The notes: generated from the sequence alone by a model not told the origin. Positions 13,707 through 26,600 are shown, counted from the first letter of the stretch. The stretch is 64,000 nt of DNA from Octopus sinensis (GCF_006345805.1 NC_043000.1:159588001-159652000), one strand, 5' to 3'. Numbers and translations: made by a program.

Positions 13707-14015
13707 CAGTGGTTCTTAAACGTTTCAGGCCCCTTGACACCCAGACCACATTCCTAGCTCCGCTACCCCAACTAACCATCACAAACATAGACCTCTTTCT
13801 GAAGCAAATTCAAAGCAACTATATTTCACAAATAAAACTTAATCTAATGAACCCATTATTTTGTTGTTTTTCATGAATCGCTACCCCATTATCGTCTACG
13901 TTTTAAATAAATCGTTACCCCATTATTGCCCCACTTTTTTTCAACGTCCCTTTGGAACTTTCCACCACCATCCCAGTGGGGGGGGGGGGGGTGCCGCCCA
14001 CTTTGGTAACCATTG
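13707..14015. mobile_element. hAT (Charlie/Buster-like) MITE
   Basis: Termini CAGTGGTTC.../...GTAACCATTG. Perfect 8-bp TSD atctaaaa at 13699-13706 and 14016-14023, fitting NTCTARAN. Confidence 0.85.
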
Positions 14016-14966
14016 ATCTAAAATACTGTACGAAGAGCAGAACCCCAAATATTCTGCTAAGTGAATATAAACGCCAAAAATGAGTTATAGTAATCATTAT
14101 GTCAAAAATTATAGTAATAATTATGGCTTAAATATGGAGAAAAGACTTGGTCAGTTAAATGGACCCTAGTTTTTACTGGTATTTTATTTTATCGTCCGTG
14201 GAGCGATAAAAGGAAAAGTTGAGCTAGGACGGATTTGAAAACAATAAATAGCTGGGAAAAAATGCTACTAGGAATTTTGTTCCACTGTTTAACAATCACC
14301 CTAATGAATTGTTGTAATAATTCTTTCTACAATAGGCACGAGGCCTGAAATTGCAGAAAAGAGGGTAGTACTTATTTTATCGATCTCGAGAGAATGGAAG
14401 GTAAAATCGAACTCTGTGGGATATAAATTCAAGACACAAAGTCGGAAGTAATGCTGTAAAGCATTCTGCCCAGCCTATTTACGATTCTGTCACCTCGTCA
14501 CCTTAGGAATTTCTGCAGTAATAAATATTTTGCATTGATATCAAATCCCAAATCATAATAATGTTTTAAAAATGGCGCTTTAGCTCATAAGATTTTACTA
14601 CCTTTGTTGAAGTCACTCATAAATTACTGCATATTAGCTGATGCCTTTTAAATATTCATTAATTCAATACAGTTTAAAAGCTATGAATATTTAACACAGT
14701 AAATGAATCCTTTAGTTATATATATGTACAGAAAACAGAATGTATTGATGCATAGAAAACAGAAATAGAAACTTAATCTGGCTTTAAATTTCAATTTATA
14801 AAAGTTCATAAAATCCTGCAAAATTACACTGCTTTTCATCTTAGCTTGATCAACTGGCAGTTTGTGTGCAGTTTTCGTTCTCTGCCAAAATATGAAATCA
14901 TGTCGTCTCATGAACTCAGTGCACCCTCAGTGCGCCATCTGACTATTGTCTTAATATCCAGAATTC

Positions 14967-15385
14967 GGATCTTTTCGGTTTGAACAGCTGTTTTTAACAT
15001 AATTTGTAGGTAACTAAAAAATTTTAAACTTCGTATACTGGTAGAATGTGTTTATAAAACATCTTTTTCTCTTGGTTTTATTGAGAAAATTCTATAGTTT
15101 GTAAGATATTTGTTGTTGTTTTTCTTCAATTTTTGCAATTTCAACCAATCAATGACTGTCTATTGAGATGAAAACATTCTGTGCCGTATGAAAATGTCCC
15201 TCGTTTAAGAAACAGATTGGGTTTATTTACATTTCTAAAGAAAAAAAGATACCCTTCCCCCACCCCTAACCAACCCTAACCCTAAAGTACATTGAAATGC
15301 AATAGATCGATACTAGGGTAATAATTATGGGTGACAATTTCATATGACATCGCTAGAAAAAACTGCCGTTCAAACCGAAGGATCC
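14967..15385. mobile_element. MITE with GG-starting TIRs and 8-bp TSD (Merlin-like)
   Basis: TIRs ggatcttttcggtttgaacagctgttttt / aaaaactgccgttcaaaccgaaggatcc. Perfect TSD cagaattc at 14959-14966 and 15386-15393. Confidence 0.8.
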
Positions 15386-15841
15386 CAGAATTCTTCTCTT
15401 CTTTGATTCATTTTGCGTATCGCTCCAAAGTTACACTTTTTTTTTTCTATTTAACCCATTCGGTGTATTTATTTTTTAGTTCTGACCACTTTCACTCATC
15501 TCTGATACTGCATTGTCTTCGGTTATTGCTTTTACCGAAAGGACTAAAGTTTGTTTGATACCATTTCATACAGTCAAGTTTCTCTGAAACACCAAATTCG
15601 TTTGTTGTTACAAAACTATGTCTTTTTGGCAACTTTAATAATCTTTAGTTCCAATGCTGGTATAAACTATCTTTCATTTTTTTCTGCAATGCACTTTCTT
15701 GCAAGTAACTAACAATTTTAGAAATTGAAATTACACGGGAGCATTCATCAGTTAGGGATATACAGAAGCTAATAACAATCCTATCAAGTAAGATTACACC
15801 TTCATGTTCCTCGGACTCGTATGCAGTCTCCCCTATTACAC

Positions 15842-16151
15842 AAGCTTGCTTCGACCTCCTTCGGTTACGACTGATCGTGGGAAGCACCCAGAGAGTTCCC
15901 TTCCAAGGCACAAGTCCGAACCCATGCATAACAGCCTTCCCTTTCCACGCCACCGATGTTATCCAAAGGAAAGCCAAAGGCCAATACAGCTTGGCACCAG
16001 TGACATCGCAACTCACTTCTACAGAGGAGTGAACTGGAGCAACGTGAAATGAAGTCTTGCTCAAGAACACAACACTCAGCCTAAATCGGGAATCGAACAC
16101 ATTGCCTCGCGATTGTGATCCCGACGCTCTAACCACCGAGCCATGCATCTT
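15842..16151 (-). mobile_element. tRNA-derived SINE with RTE-like 3' tail
   Basis: Head tggctcggtggttagagcgtcggg...gttcgattcc, then gtgttcttgagcaagac. Same family as 33135-33400. Confidence 0.8.
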
Positions 16152-16555
16152 AGTGTATAATAACACAAGTAATTGGGGTTTCATTGCATTAACAAATGTT
16201 ACATTCCGTTGCTTATCTAGCATTGGTTTCACTGCTTCAGAAATTTACGTTCACATCTGTGAACTATAGAGTGCTGTCTTAGAATGTACTAGATGATATA
16301 ATATAGTAGAAAGGATTAGTAGTAGTATAAATTACTGCAATGAATGCTGGAGGGGGGCCGCAGTATTTATTGCCCATTAATCAGAGCTCGATGCAGACGG
16401 CTCCGAAGCTTAATATCATCATCAAGCTCATGAACAAGGGTCATCAGAAAACATCGGTGATATGCGGAAAATATAACTGGCGAAAAATTTAATCTGATAA
16501 TATTTAAAATTGTTAAAGCTAAATCTAAATAAACTCGGGAGGCTAAGAATATATT

Positions 16556-17139
16556 CTTTTCTACTATAGGCACAAGGCCCGAAATTTTGGGGGAAGAAAG
16601 CAAGTCGATTAGATCGACCCCAATAAGTAACTGGTACTTAATTTATCAACCCCGAAAGGATGAAAGGCAAAATCGACCTCGGCGGAATTTGAACTCAGAA
16701 CGTAGCAGCAGACGAAATACCTATTTCTTTACTACCCACAAGGGGCTAAACACAGAGAGGACAAATAAGGACAGACAAATAGATTAAGTCGATTATATCG
16801 ACCCTAGTGCGTAACTGGTACTGAATTTATCGACCCCGAAAGGATGAAAGGCAAAATCGACCTCGGCGGAATTTGAACTCAGAACGTAGCAGCAGACGAA
16901 ATACCTATTTCTTTACTACCCACAAGGGGCTAAACACAGAGAGGACAAATAAGGACAGACAAATAGATTAAGTCGATTATATCGACCCTAGTGCGTAACT
17001 GGTACTGAATTTATCGACCCCGAAAGGATGAAAGGCAAAGTCGACCTCGGCGAAATTTGAACTCAGAACGTAAAGGCAGACGAAATACCGCAAAGCATTT
17101 CGCCCGGCGTGCTAACGTTTCTGCCAGCTCGCCGCCTTA
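16556..17139 (-). mobile_element. SINE family B trimer array: head, two long-tail units, terminal short-tail unit
   Basis: 184-bp period (junction gaaatacctatttc at 16714 and 16898). One 16-bp TSD aggctaagaatatatt at 16540-16555 and 17140-17155. Confidence 0.92.
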
Positions 17140-17247
17140 AGGCTAAGAATATATTAAGAGACGTTAGCAGTCAATGTTATTAGTTTGACGTTCAATGAAG
17201 AATGGGATGAATAAAAGGTAGTACATTACGTTTCGCACATATATTCT

Positions 17248-17683
17248 TCAAATATAAAAAGTCAAAGAAAAAATTACGGGGAAAATATTTTTCGGTTTGA
17301 ATATAATCTGTCTCTTTGTATCTCGACCACATCCTGGACATAACCCGCAGGATTTTGCACTTCTAGTGGGGACTGTAAGATTTACGAATACTGCTTCTAC
17401 CGATTCATTAATAATAGATGTATAAATTGTTGTTCTCTCTTTTAAATTCCACGAGGTTTTATCTTTGATGATGACGTTCATCAAAATAGTCCAAGAGTTA
17501 ATCGTTCCCTTGCACACTGTGACTTTTCGTGCACGAGAACCTGAACTCAATAATGTGCAGACACCACCAGCCGTCCAAACAGTTTTCCTTTCCCCAGTGC
17601 TGCTGCTCTCATACAGTGACAATTTACAACACATGCGGTGCGTATTTAGAGCTTAGATTAATCAATATTGGAGCTTGGTTCGA
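17248..17683 (-). other. Non-repetitive 128-codon ORF with an upstream splice acceptor; possible exon or pseudo-exon
   Basis: Acceptor ttttcacttttgcttctaacag at ~17683, but all three frames directly after it stop before the ORF. No recognised homology. Confidence 0.2.
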
Positions 17684-17900
17684 CCTGTTAGAAGCAAAAG
17701 TGAAAACATTCTTAAATCACACTTAGCCATCTTAAAAGAAAAAGTGAAGGACATAATAGATAACGTCACCTTAGTTACCTCGTATAAAAGACGGAATCGT
17801 CATAACTAATGCTTTTGATCATATGGCTGCTCGATCAGAGTAGGAGAAATCTAAACAGAAACTTATAACGATCGAAGTTCTGTTTCGTGATTATCATATA

Positions 17901-18292
17901 CTAGCAGTATCGCCCGGCGTTGCTCGGGTTTGTTTCGACCCTTTAGAATTGGAATTTATGAAAAGAAAAACTTTTGCATTATGTAGCTTGTTATTCTCTT
18001 TAAGAGAACAGTTTTCTGGTTGAAATACACCGAAAAATGCCGACACAGCAGTCAAAATATCGTAAAAAATAGGTATTTTCATAGAAAAAAAAAGCACCCT
18101 TTTGATGTAAATAATTTTTGGTCTTAACATAGTCCGATTTTAATTTTATCTTCTACGGAATGAAGAGCAAGCCTCCTTCTATCATACTCTCAATTTTGGT
18201 CAAATTGCGCCGCAGGGTCTCGGAGGAGATAATGTTAGTTGAAGGCTACCAAACCTGTCACACACAGACAACTTCAGCTTTATATATACAGA
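17901..18292 (-). mobile_element. Non-autonomous Helitron
   Basis: A|TCTGTATATATAAAG...CCCGAGCAACGCCGGGCGATACTGCTAG|T: 5'-TC, subterminal hairpin, CTAG-3', inserted in AT, no TSD. Confidence 0.85.
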
Positions 18293-18971
18293 TTGACAGA
18301 AAAAGTTGCTAACTCCATTTTTTTAAATATTTTTTTCTTAATCATACTGACCTATACTAAGCAGTCTTAGCTTTCTAAAAAGTTTCGCGCTTCGCATTTA
18401 AAACTTCACATACGCTTGGAATAGGGCGTCGTGACGGAGGTCCAAAAGAGGGAAGGAAAAATCTAATGAATGAAGATGAGTTTTGGTATCAGAAGTTCCA
18501 AAGAAATTGGAATGTTGAAAGAGAGCCAAGTAGAATGCAGACGTGGTGTCCCTGATAACAAAATTGTGTGGGGGATGACAACGTAACATAATAACAGCTG
18601 TGAATGAAAGATGGATATTAGATAGACGTACAGATAGGAATATATGGAAATTATATTATAGAAAAATATGTACTTCGTGTATCAAATGTATGGGTTTTTG
18701 AGTATTTGCGTGGGAGATGACGGAGAGAGAAAGATACTAACAGAGAGGAGGAAGGAAAGGCATAAATTATACATGAAAATATCATTTACCAATAGTAAAT
18801 TGATGAATGACTGAGGTAGATTAGGATACCAACAGTGCCTGAATATCTTTGTGTATGCTATAGTCAGTGTGTGTATGTGTGTGCGTATATATATAATATT
18901 AATATTAGGGAGTATATCCAAACTTACAGGGAAAAATTAGATTTAGGATGAAAGCAAATGTCACAGTATAA

Positions 18972-19149
18972 ATATAAATTAAATTAGAGATAAAACCACT
19001 ATTAGGCAACTCAAACAGTGATAGACATAAACCAAAACATAAAAAACAAATATTAATTATATTTATATTTTTTGTTATTTATATATTGGTTTATGTTTAT
19101 TACTGTTTGAGTTGCCTAATAGTGGTTTTATCTCTAATTTAATTTATAT
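18972..19149. repeat. Large inverted repeat, 64-bp arms with 2 mismatches, 50-nt AT-rich spacer
   Basis: 18972-19035 is the reverse complement of 19086-19149. Confidence 0.92.
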
Positions 19150-19165
19150 ATATATATATATATAC

Positions 19166-19340
19166 ATATATTTAGTGAGGGAAGAAATGGAGCTGAACGA
19201 AGATTTTACAAAATTCCTTTTTATTATTTTATACATATGTTTCAAAGGCTGCAAATTCCCTTTGAAACATATGTAGAAAATAATAAAAAGGAATTTTGTA
19301 AAATCTTCGTTCAGCTCCATTTCTTCCTCACTAAATATAT
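19166..19340. repeat. Large inverted repeat, ~83-bp arms (1 mismatch, 1 indel), 10-nt loop
   Basis: 19166-19248 is the reverse complement of 19259-19340. Confidence 0.93.
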
Positions 19341-19486
19341 AAAACTTCAATTATCCGCACTAAGGCACGGTTGCGATACCCCATGGTCGTAACCTCAACC
19401 GTGATTTTTCTGTTGTGATTTTTGCTACCCAGGTATCGGTTATAATTTCAATAATCCGCAACAAAATAATTCATTTATCCATTTCA

Positions 19487-19489
<3 letters not shown>

Positions 19490-19559
<70 letters not shown>

Positions 19560-19560
19560 T
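19490..19560. repeat. (TA)n(CA)n microsatellite
   Basis: Direct reading. Confidence 0.95.
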
Positions 19561-20907
19561 AAGCATTTTGAAACTTCGAAGGGCATAAAATAAATCGTTT
19601 TTTAACTTGAATTAGTTAGAACTATAAATAATCAGCGTGCGAGTTTTGTGTTAAAATACTTTTACCATCTAACGGTTTTTTTAATGCAACATTTATTTAC
19701 ACGCTATTAGTCATAACTTTAATGTAATTCGAATTACACCTTTAAAAAACGCTTCATTTTTACATACATACACACACACACACACACATTTCTCTTTACA
19801 TTTGAAATGAACTGTATTATCATGATCCTCCACATCATATGAATATTGTTAAGCTGTATTTGGAAATGCTAACAGCAAGAATGGTACAACACAACAGCTT
19901 CGACAACAGCAACAAAAGTCTGCATATAGGATTGCACAATATGATCCTCAGCAAAGCGGATGCATGGCATATTTGAAATACTGGGTCTGTGAATCGTACT
20001 CGGTCGATTGTCCCCATTACTTATTACTCGATATAGTCTATTTGGGGTTGATATGAAACTACACAACACTGACAAAAATATGGCCATCTCCACTTTCAAA
20101 AGCAAAACTGACAACAATTTAAAAAGATAAAGGACATTTGTTCATGCATGAGTCCACAATTTTTAACTTGTACCTTTCCTGCCACTACACAACTATAAAC
20201 TCACTAAAACACCAACCTAAACTTATTCTTATTCCTCACTCCAGACAAACATGAAAACCCAAAGATATCAAGAGCATCAATAACATTATGAATCTCAATG
20301 TGCTGGGATGCACACGACCTATAATAAATGTATAGAAACAGTAACTATCGCACTTTGACCGAATCATTTTTCCTCGCCTCCGCTGTGACATTCAATCACA
20401 CTGACATTAACAGCATAAGTCGAGACTGTCACTCGGTACTCTGTGCGATTAACCTCTGTCGACTGGATAATGCAATATGAACCTTAGTTAGAAAGAGACA
20501 TTTATTTGGAAATCGCATACCGTAGTCCAACCGATTAGCTACACCTGCTCGGTTAAGTTAAAGCTACAAAAGTACTACACAGTGATTATAAAGATCCACC
20601 AGTACTAAAGTTTCGTTCATGTATTTGTTGTTACTTTTATATTTTCTTATATTTGCTTGGTGATTCAGAGTTCGTGATTTGATTTGATTTGATTTTCTTT
20701 ACCGGGGCTGGAGTTTTGTTTCATATCTTTCGTTACTTTTTAGGCGCCAAAAAAACAATCCAGATTCCGTGTTAAAACAAGGCCATACTCAACGTAAACA
20801 AAACTTTTAGTCCCCAACTTCCGAAAGGGTGCACCAGGTAGATGAGGCTTTCACCCTAAAGCTTCATTCATCAGGGTATCCATAGGTATTGGAATATTTA
20901 GTGTTTC

Positions 20908-21121
20908 TAAGGCGGCGAGCTGGCAGAAACGTTAGCACGCCGGGCGAAATGCGTAGCCGTATTTCATCTACCGTTACGTTCTGAGTTCAAATTCCGCCGA
21001 GGTCGACTTTGCCTTTCATCCTTTCGTGGTTGACAAATTAAGTACTAGTTGCGTACTGGGGTTAATCTAATCGACTGGCTCCTTCCCCCAAAACTTCGGG
21101 CTTTGTGCCTAGAGTAGAAAA
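20908..21121 (+). mobile_element. SINE family B, short tail
   Basis: 16-bp TSD gaatatttag(t/g)gtttc at 20892-20907 and 21122-21137. Confidence 0.9.
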
Positions 21122-21679
21122 GAATATTTAGGGTTTCATGATGGCAGTAGGATTCCCACTGAGAGCAAATGCTTAGCTCCTGCCTCAAGGCTTTAAGCAA
21201 AAGAAAAATTAATCCTTTTCCTAGACATGATGCTTGTGCATTACAGACATTTCATACAGATTAGGTCTCTAATCCGTTACAGTTAGGTAACCTAAGGTAA
21301 AATAAAACAGACTTTTTCCCCAGAAAGATTATTAAAGGCCTATGATGGAAATATTCGGCAATCTCTTTTCTACTCTAATAATGTTTGAATTCTAAAGTTA
21401 GTAGCAGAGATAAGGGATAATTATGTCATTGCTTTCTTTGTTTTTTTTTACTGGTTACTTTTAAATTTTAGTGGTTTATCTGAAAATATATTTTAGTTCT
21501 ATAAACCAGGTCGTGTTAATTTTATGTTCAAATGTGTTTAGTAAATTAAATTGACTCTTATTTTTGTCATCATCGTAGGCGGTTCGATATCTGATCGCCG
21601 GAACAGTGCACCAATCAGTAATAGACAGGTTAGCAATATTTTGGACGTCTCCAACCAAGTGATATCTGCTCTCTCTAAT

Positions 21680-22070
21680 CTTTACTCTTTTACTTGTTTC
21701 AGTCACTTGACTGCGGCCATCCTGGAGCACCGCCTTTAGTCGAGCAAATCGACTTATTCTTCCAACTTATTCTTTGGAAGCCTAGTATTTATTCTATCGG
21801 TCTGTTTTGCCGAACCGCTAAGTTACGGGGACGTAAACACACCAGCATCGGTTGTCAAGTGATGCTGGGGGGACAAACACAGACACACAAACACATACAT
21901 ATACATATATACGACGGGCCTCTTTCAGTTTCTGTCTACCAAATCAACTCACAAGGCTTTGGTCGGCCCGAGGCTATAGTAGGAGACACTTGCCCAAGGT
22001 GCCACGCAGTGGGAATGAACCCGGAACCATGTGGTTGGTAAGCAAACTACTTACCACACAGCCACTCCTG
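21680..22070 (-). mobile_element. SINE family A, full length
   Basis: Minus strand reads aggagtggctgtgtggtaag...ccttgggcaagtgtc...(gtaaaaga)n tail. Confidence 0.9.
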
Positions 22071-22814
22071 TGCTGTTTACTTTTCCTAAATTTTCGCCGA
22101 TAAACGATCGTAATTAAAATTAAAATGCGTCGACGTATTTCGTCTATCAATACTTTCAACAGGTGGGGGCCTTTGTCTGGAGGTTCCCTGTCAAATAGAA
22201 GCGACTACAAACGTAGCATCTCTTTTGTTATTCTCATCATTGTATAAATTAGCTCAAAAATATTTCATAAAAGCTAGATTTTCTATTCGTACAGATCAAT
22301 GGATGCATAGATCTGAGACAGAATAAGATGCTAGTCAATCGAAGGACACTGCTGTTGATACTAACTGTTGTCTAGTCTGTAACATGCGATGCATTCAGAT
22401 TTTTAGTGTTAAATATTTTATCCCAAGAAAACAAAAGTAGAAACGTTCTTATCGATTCCCCATTCTGTATTCTGAAAGCACTTTCTTTGCACGGCATAAT
22501 TAAATGCAAATAGACGACACGCAGGAATACATTCTACAACCGGAGGCAGCGAGGACACTGTACAATTAAAGAATGTTTTTGGTAGCTTGTAACCCTGAGT
22601 TCATCTTGTAGGGAGTGATGACAAACCAGTGCGTGTATTCTGAACTACGCTATGCCGAAATCTAACAGTATTGCTTCGTTACTTCATCACTCGCAATACC
22701 TTGAAAAGGATGAGAGAGAGAGAGAGAGAGAGAGTGCGTGTGTGTGCGCGGGAAGTAGATGATGAGGATTCCTTTGTTCGATTAACTTTACCTGCTCCTG
22801 AATAAGCACGTACC

Positions 22815-23047
22815 CATTTCTTTACTACCCACAAGGGGCTAAACACAGAGAGGACAAACAAGGACAGACAAACGGATTAAGTCAATTACATCGACCCCAG
22901 TGCGTAACTGGTACTTATTTAATCGACCCCGAAAGGATGAAAGGCAAAGTCGACCTCGGCGGAATTTGAACTCAGAACGTAACGACAGACGAAATACGGC
23001 TACGCATTTCGCCCGGCGTGTTAACGTTTCTGCCAGCTCACCGCCTT
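22815..23047 (-). mobile_element. SINE family B, long tail, inserted in the tail of another SINE (E)
   Basis: 20-bp TSD ctcctgaataag(c/a)acgtacc at 22795-22814 and 23048-23067. Confidence 0.9.
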
Positions 23048-23260
23048 CTCCTGAATAAGAACGTACCGTTAATGTAATTCTCAGGCAGAACCAGTGTGAC
23101 AAAGTTCCACCTTTCCAGTTACAATTGCAATCTATGTGACAAGCTTCGATGCCATTTCTGTCAACCAGATTTCACTCGCAAGGTATGGCTCAGCCTGAGA
23201 TAATAGGGAATGATATTTGTCTAATATGTCACGCAGACGGATCGAACTCAGAACGTCGGC
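23048..23260 (-). mobile_element. SINE-like element E (A-related body, tail gtcacactggttctgcctgagaattacattaacggtac)
   Basis: The tail recurs at 54722-54777 and, degraded, near 25680-25725. Confidence 0.6.
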
Positions 23261-24601
23261 CATAGTGTGCGTGATTGTTCTGATTTATCTTCATCCTTAC
23301 ATGTGCAAGGATATCTAGTTTCTTTTATTTGGCACACAGGCCATGACACAGAGGGGACAGCACAAGGATACGACAAAACATTTAAGGGCTGGGGTTATAC
23401 CCTTGTTAAAAAATCAAATATAATGAAATCGGATGAAATTACACAGTATAATGAAATTGAAATGAATTTAAAAATTGTATGTTGATATATTTTCCGGGTT
23501 CGTGTTCGACCTACCGGTTTTTTCCCCCCTTTTTTTATATAACTTTTTATAATAGACCCCTTTTTTTTATTTTTCCTTCCGTCATTTCCTTCTTTTCCGT
23601 TCAGATCGGTCACACTAGCGCGGCCCCATTTACTCTCAACTTCCTTACGACATTTGTCCATCTTTTTTCAAACGCTCTTCGAGGCAGGCATCTCTGCTCC
23701 AGACTGATCTTTCTGGACAGGTGGTAGTTAAAAAAAAAAAAAAACAACCAATCCGTGTCCGGAGATAAAGTTGCCTGTCTCAATTCCTTTCCACGCGTCA
23801 CCCATGCAAGGATATCCAACACTATGGATACAATAAAATACAATTTATAAAATACAATACGGATCAAGAAATGAAACGATAGTGGGACATTTGTACGTCA
23901 GTGGATTTAAGTGACAAAAGCTTGAACTATACTTATGCCACTTTCTCCATCACCTTTGAGTAGGTTCCAGTAACATATCTTAATCAACAAGTGTGTATGA
24001 GTGTGTATGTTATAGGGAACTCAGGACATAACATCTTCGAGTAACACATTTAAAGAGTAATACGACGTGGTTGCGCCAAGCGGTCTCCCTGCTACATACA
24101 ATAATTACGCGCAGTGCCAACGTTGGTATCGGTAGTTTTGTTTAGTATTTCTTGGAGGAATTATACGTAATATGTTTGTATGTTGGAAGTAACTAGGATT
24201 TCAAATCCGCTCCGAGTTTCTACCTTGCAAAAGCACAAGGCACAACGCTAGCACTGCGCGTAACAATAACTCCCTACTTGAGTGAGCTGCGATGTCCGAA
24301 AACATGACTTAAAGGAATGTTTCATGCGGTGTTATGTCAGGCGTAGCCTAAATCAATAATGACAAGAACTTATCTATATTATATGTATATAAAATATTTT
24401 TCTCACTGTGAAATCCACCTCCTCCAAGCGTCTGGAAAACCACAGCAACGAAAAGTGAAGCGAAGTGAATGAAATAGCCAGAGTTGAGAATCAGATTCAT
24501 GAAAACACGTACAACCGAGGTTTACTGCCGTTCAACATCGCTCGTGTGTGTGTGTGTATACATATATAGACGCGATGTACACAAAGTGAACCACATCACA
24601 C

Positions 24602-24633
<32 letters not shown>

Positions 24634-26224
24634 AAACGATCTCACATTTACTTGTACATGGTGGCATTGACATAAAAGCAATTTTTTAAAAACAGTTTTT
24701 GTTACGTTAAGTGAGGAGTGGGGAAGAAGAGTCCTTTTGAGTTTTCTAAGTTGGTGTGTGTGTGTGTGTTTATTTGTTTTTATGCTGGAAACTGCATGTG
24801 TGCTAATATATTTACATACACTATTGGGTGAGAAGAGAAAGAGACAAGAAGGGGGTAGAGCAGGGAAGGGAGACGAAGAGGAAAACAGACCCGTAAAAGT
24901 CACTGATTCAAAATACGGGTGGCTGAGTGAGTAGACCACACAGGTAGAAAGCGTTTTGAAGCTCATATAAACAGCTTGATAGACAAACTTACTGAGAAAA
25001 TGATAGACAGCCAGACTAACAAACCTATAGATGGACAGAATGTCAGCGAGATACATCATTAGAACCAAGGCTACCAAAAACAGCGATAACCATCATTATC
25101 TATCAAATCCTTCTTTTAATTGTCACCATCATCATCATTAGGGTGATTTTCTATATTGTTTTGCTTGGTGGACACAATGTAACAGCGTAACGAAGATGCC
25201 TTTTTTTGTTTTCCTATGTTAGGGATGTAATATACATTACGCCAAACAGGTGATTTAATCTAATGCACCTGTGGCATAATCTATCACACATGTGACCTGA
25301 GCATCGACACTGTGACGTGCTCTGACCCGGTCAGACACAATCCAAATTGTCAACGCATCATCCACATTCTATAGTTACAGCTGCAAGTATTTAAATCAAC
25401 GTTATTTATCGTCTCAATTGGTAGCTTTAGTCGAGTGTTTAACATTTTTTGGAGGCAATACGAGCGTTGTTCAATAAGTTGAACGGTGCTTGGCCACGTG
25501 TTTAAAAAGTTCGCTTCGCAATTTCCAAAACTCTCAGGCTCAATCCTACAGTTTCGTATCTTGGGCGAATGTCTTTTACTGCTGCCTTGGATTGATCCAC
25601 GCTTTGCAATTGAAACTGGATGGACGGAAACTGTGTAGAAGCCTATCAAATGGATTATATTAGTAATTTACAGATTGTGTGTCACACTGGTTCTGCAAGA
25701 AGATTATGTTAATGGTACACATGCTTATGAAACCGTTTTACACACCAATTGATTGAATACAAGATAACTTTGTTATTCCATCAACTTAAGTCTTATCGTT
25801 GGAAATGACAAACATCCATTTTCTGGTTCAATGATTATAATAATTGTTGTAAATTAAATCTTTAGAGAGCAATGTTTAATACTGAGTTTACTATGACATT
25901 GTGGCAACCCCAGGTCATATTTCACCAAGTGCATTGATCTGTTGTTCTAGATATGTCAGTTTTCTGAAAACCTGAAAAATCACAATGCACCTTCCAAAAT
26001 GAGATAATGCTGTGCATAAATTTAACAAAGATGGTATGTAGTGTGGAGTACACTCACTGTATGTTGTATTAAACAAATTATAAATATTTGTACAAGAGAA
26101 AGTGAGAGCGAGAGAAGGGGGACGAAAATAGCGGGAAAAAAAAAGTTCTCTGACTGAAATTTTCAGCACCCCCACCTATATATTTCCTAGCTTAAACGCT
26201 ATCGCAAAAGGCCTGGCTGGAAGC

Positions 26225-26382
26225 CCAATCTTCCGAGTTGTTCTATGATATTAGAAAACCTGAAGGACCGCTGGATTAAGTGTATGAATCTGAGAGGGGA
26301 ATACATTACATAAAATCATAATTAACTTTTCCTTTTGTATTTTCTTTTACTCAAAGCCAGGAACTTTTCAGCAGCTCTCGTA
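26225..26382 (+). mobile_element. Mariner 3' end relic
   Basis: Translation ILENLKDRWIKCMNLRGEYIT* resembles the mariner C-terminus; TIR ggaacttttcagcagctctcg|TA. Confidence 0.75.
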
Positions 26383-26539
26383 TACAGGATATATAAAATG
26401 TTAATAAAACGTCATGTTTACATAATCACGACATTTTATGGGCAATACAAAACGTCATAAAGAACTACATGTAGCCTAAGGGTCATAGGTTTCGTGACAA
26501 AATTATAAACTTTTAACATGCAAAATATACACCTTACAT

Positions 26540-26600
26540 CAGTGGTTCCTAACCTGGGGTCCGCAAATGTAGTACTGAGATTCTGTGAACTAAATTTAAA

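Noticed and set aside
15645-16232. 195-aa ORF
   Set aside because: Reads through a tRNA SINE; not a gene.
16556-17139. CRISPR-like periodic repeat
   Set aside because: Units are 184-bp SINE segments without unique spacers, the context is eukaryotic, and no cas genes are present.
19810-20130. Degraded LINE RT fragment
   Set aside because: Only faint motif resemblance.
23681-23782. Multibranch RNA fold closed by gaggcaggca/tgcctgtctc
   Set aside because: Short stems that are plausible by chance, with no family motif.
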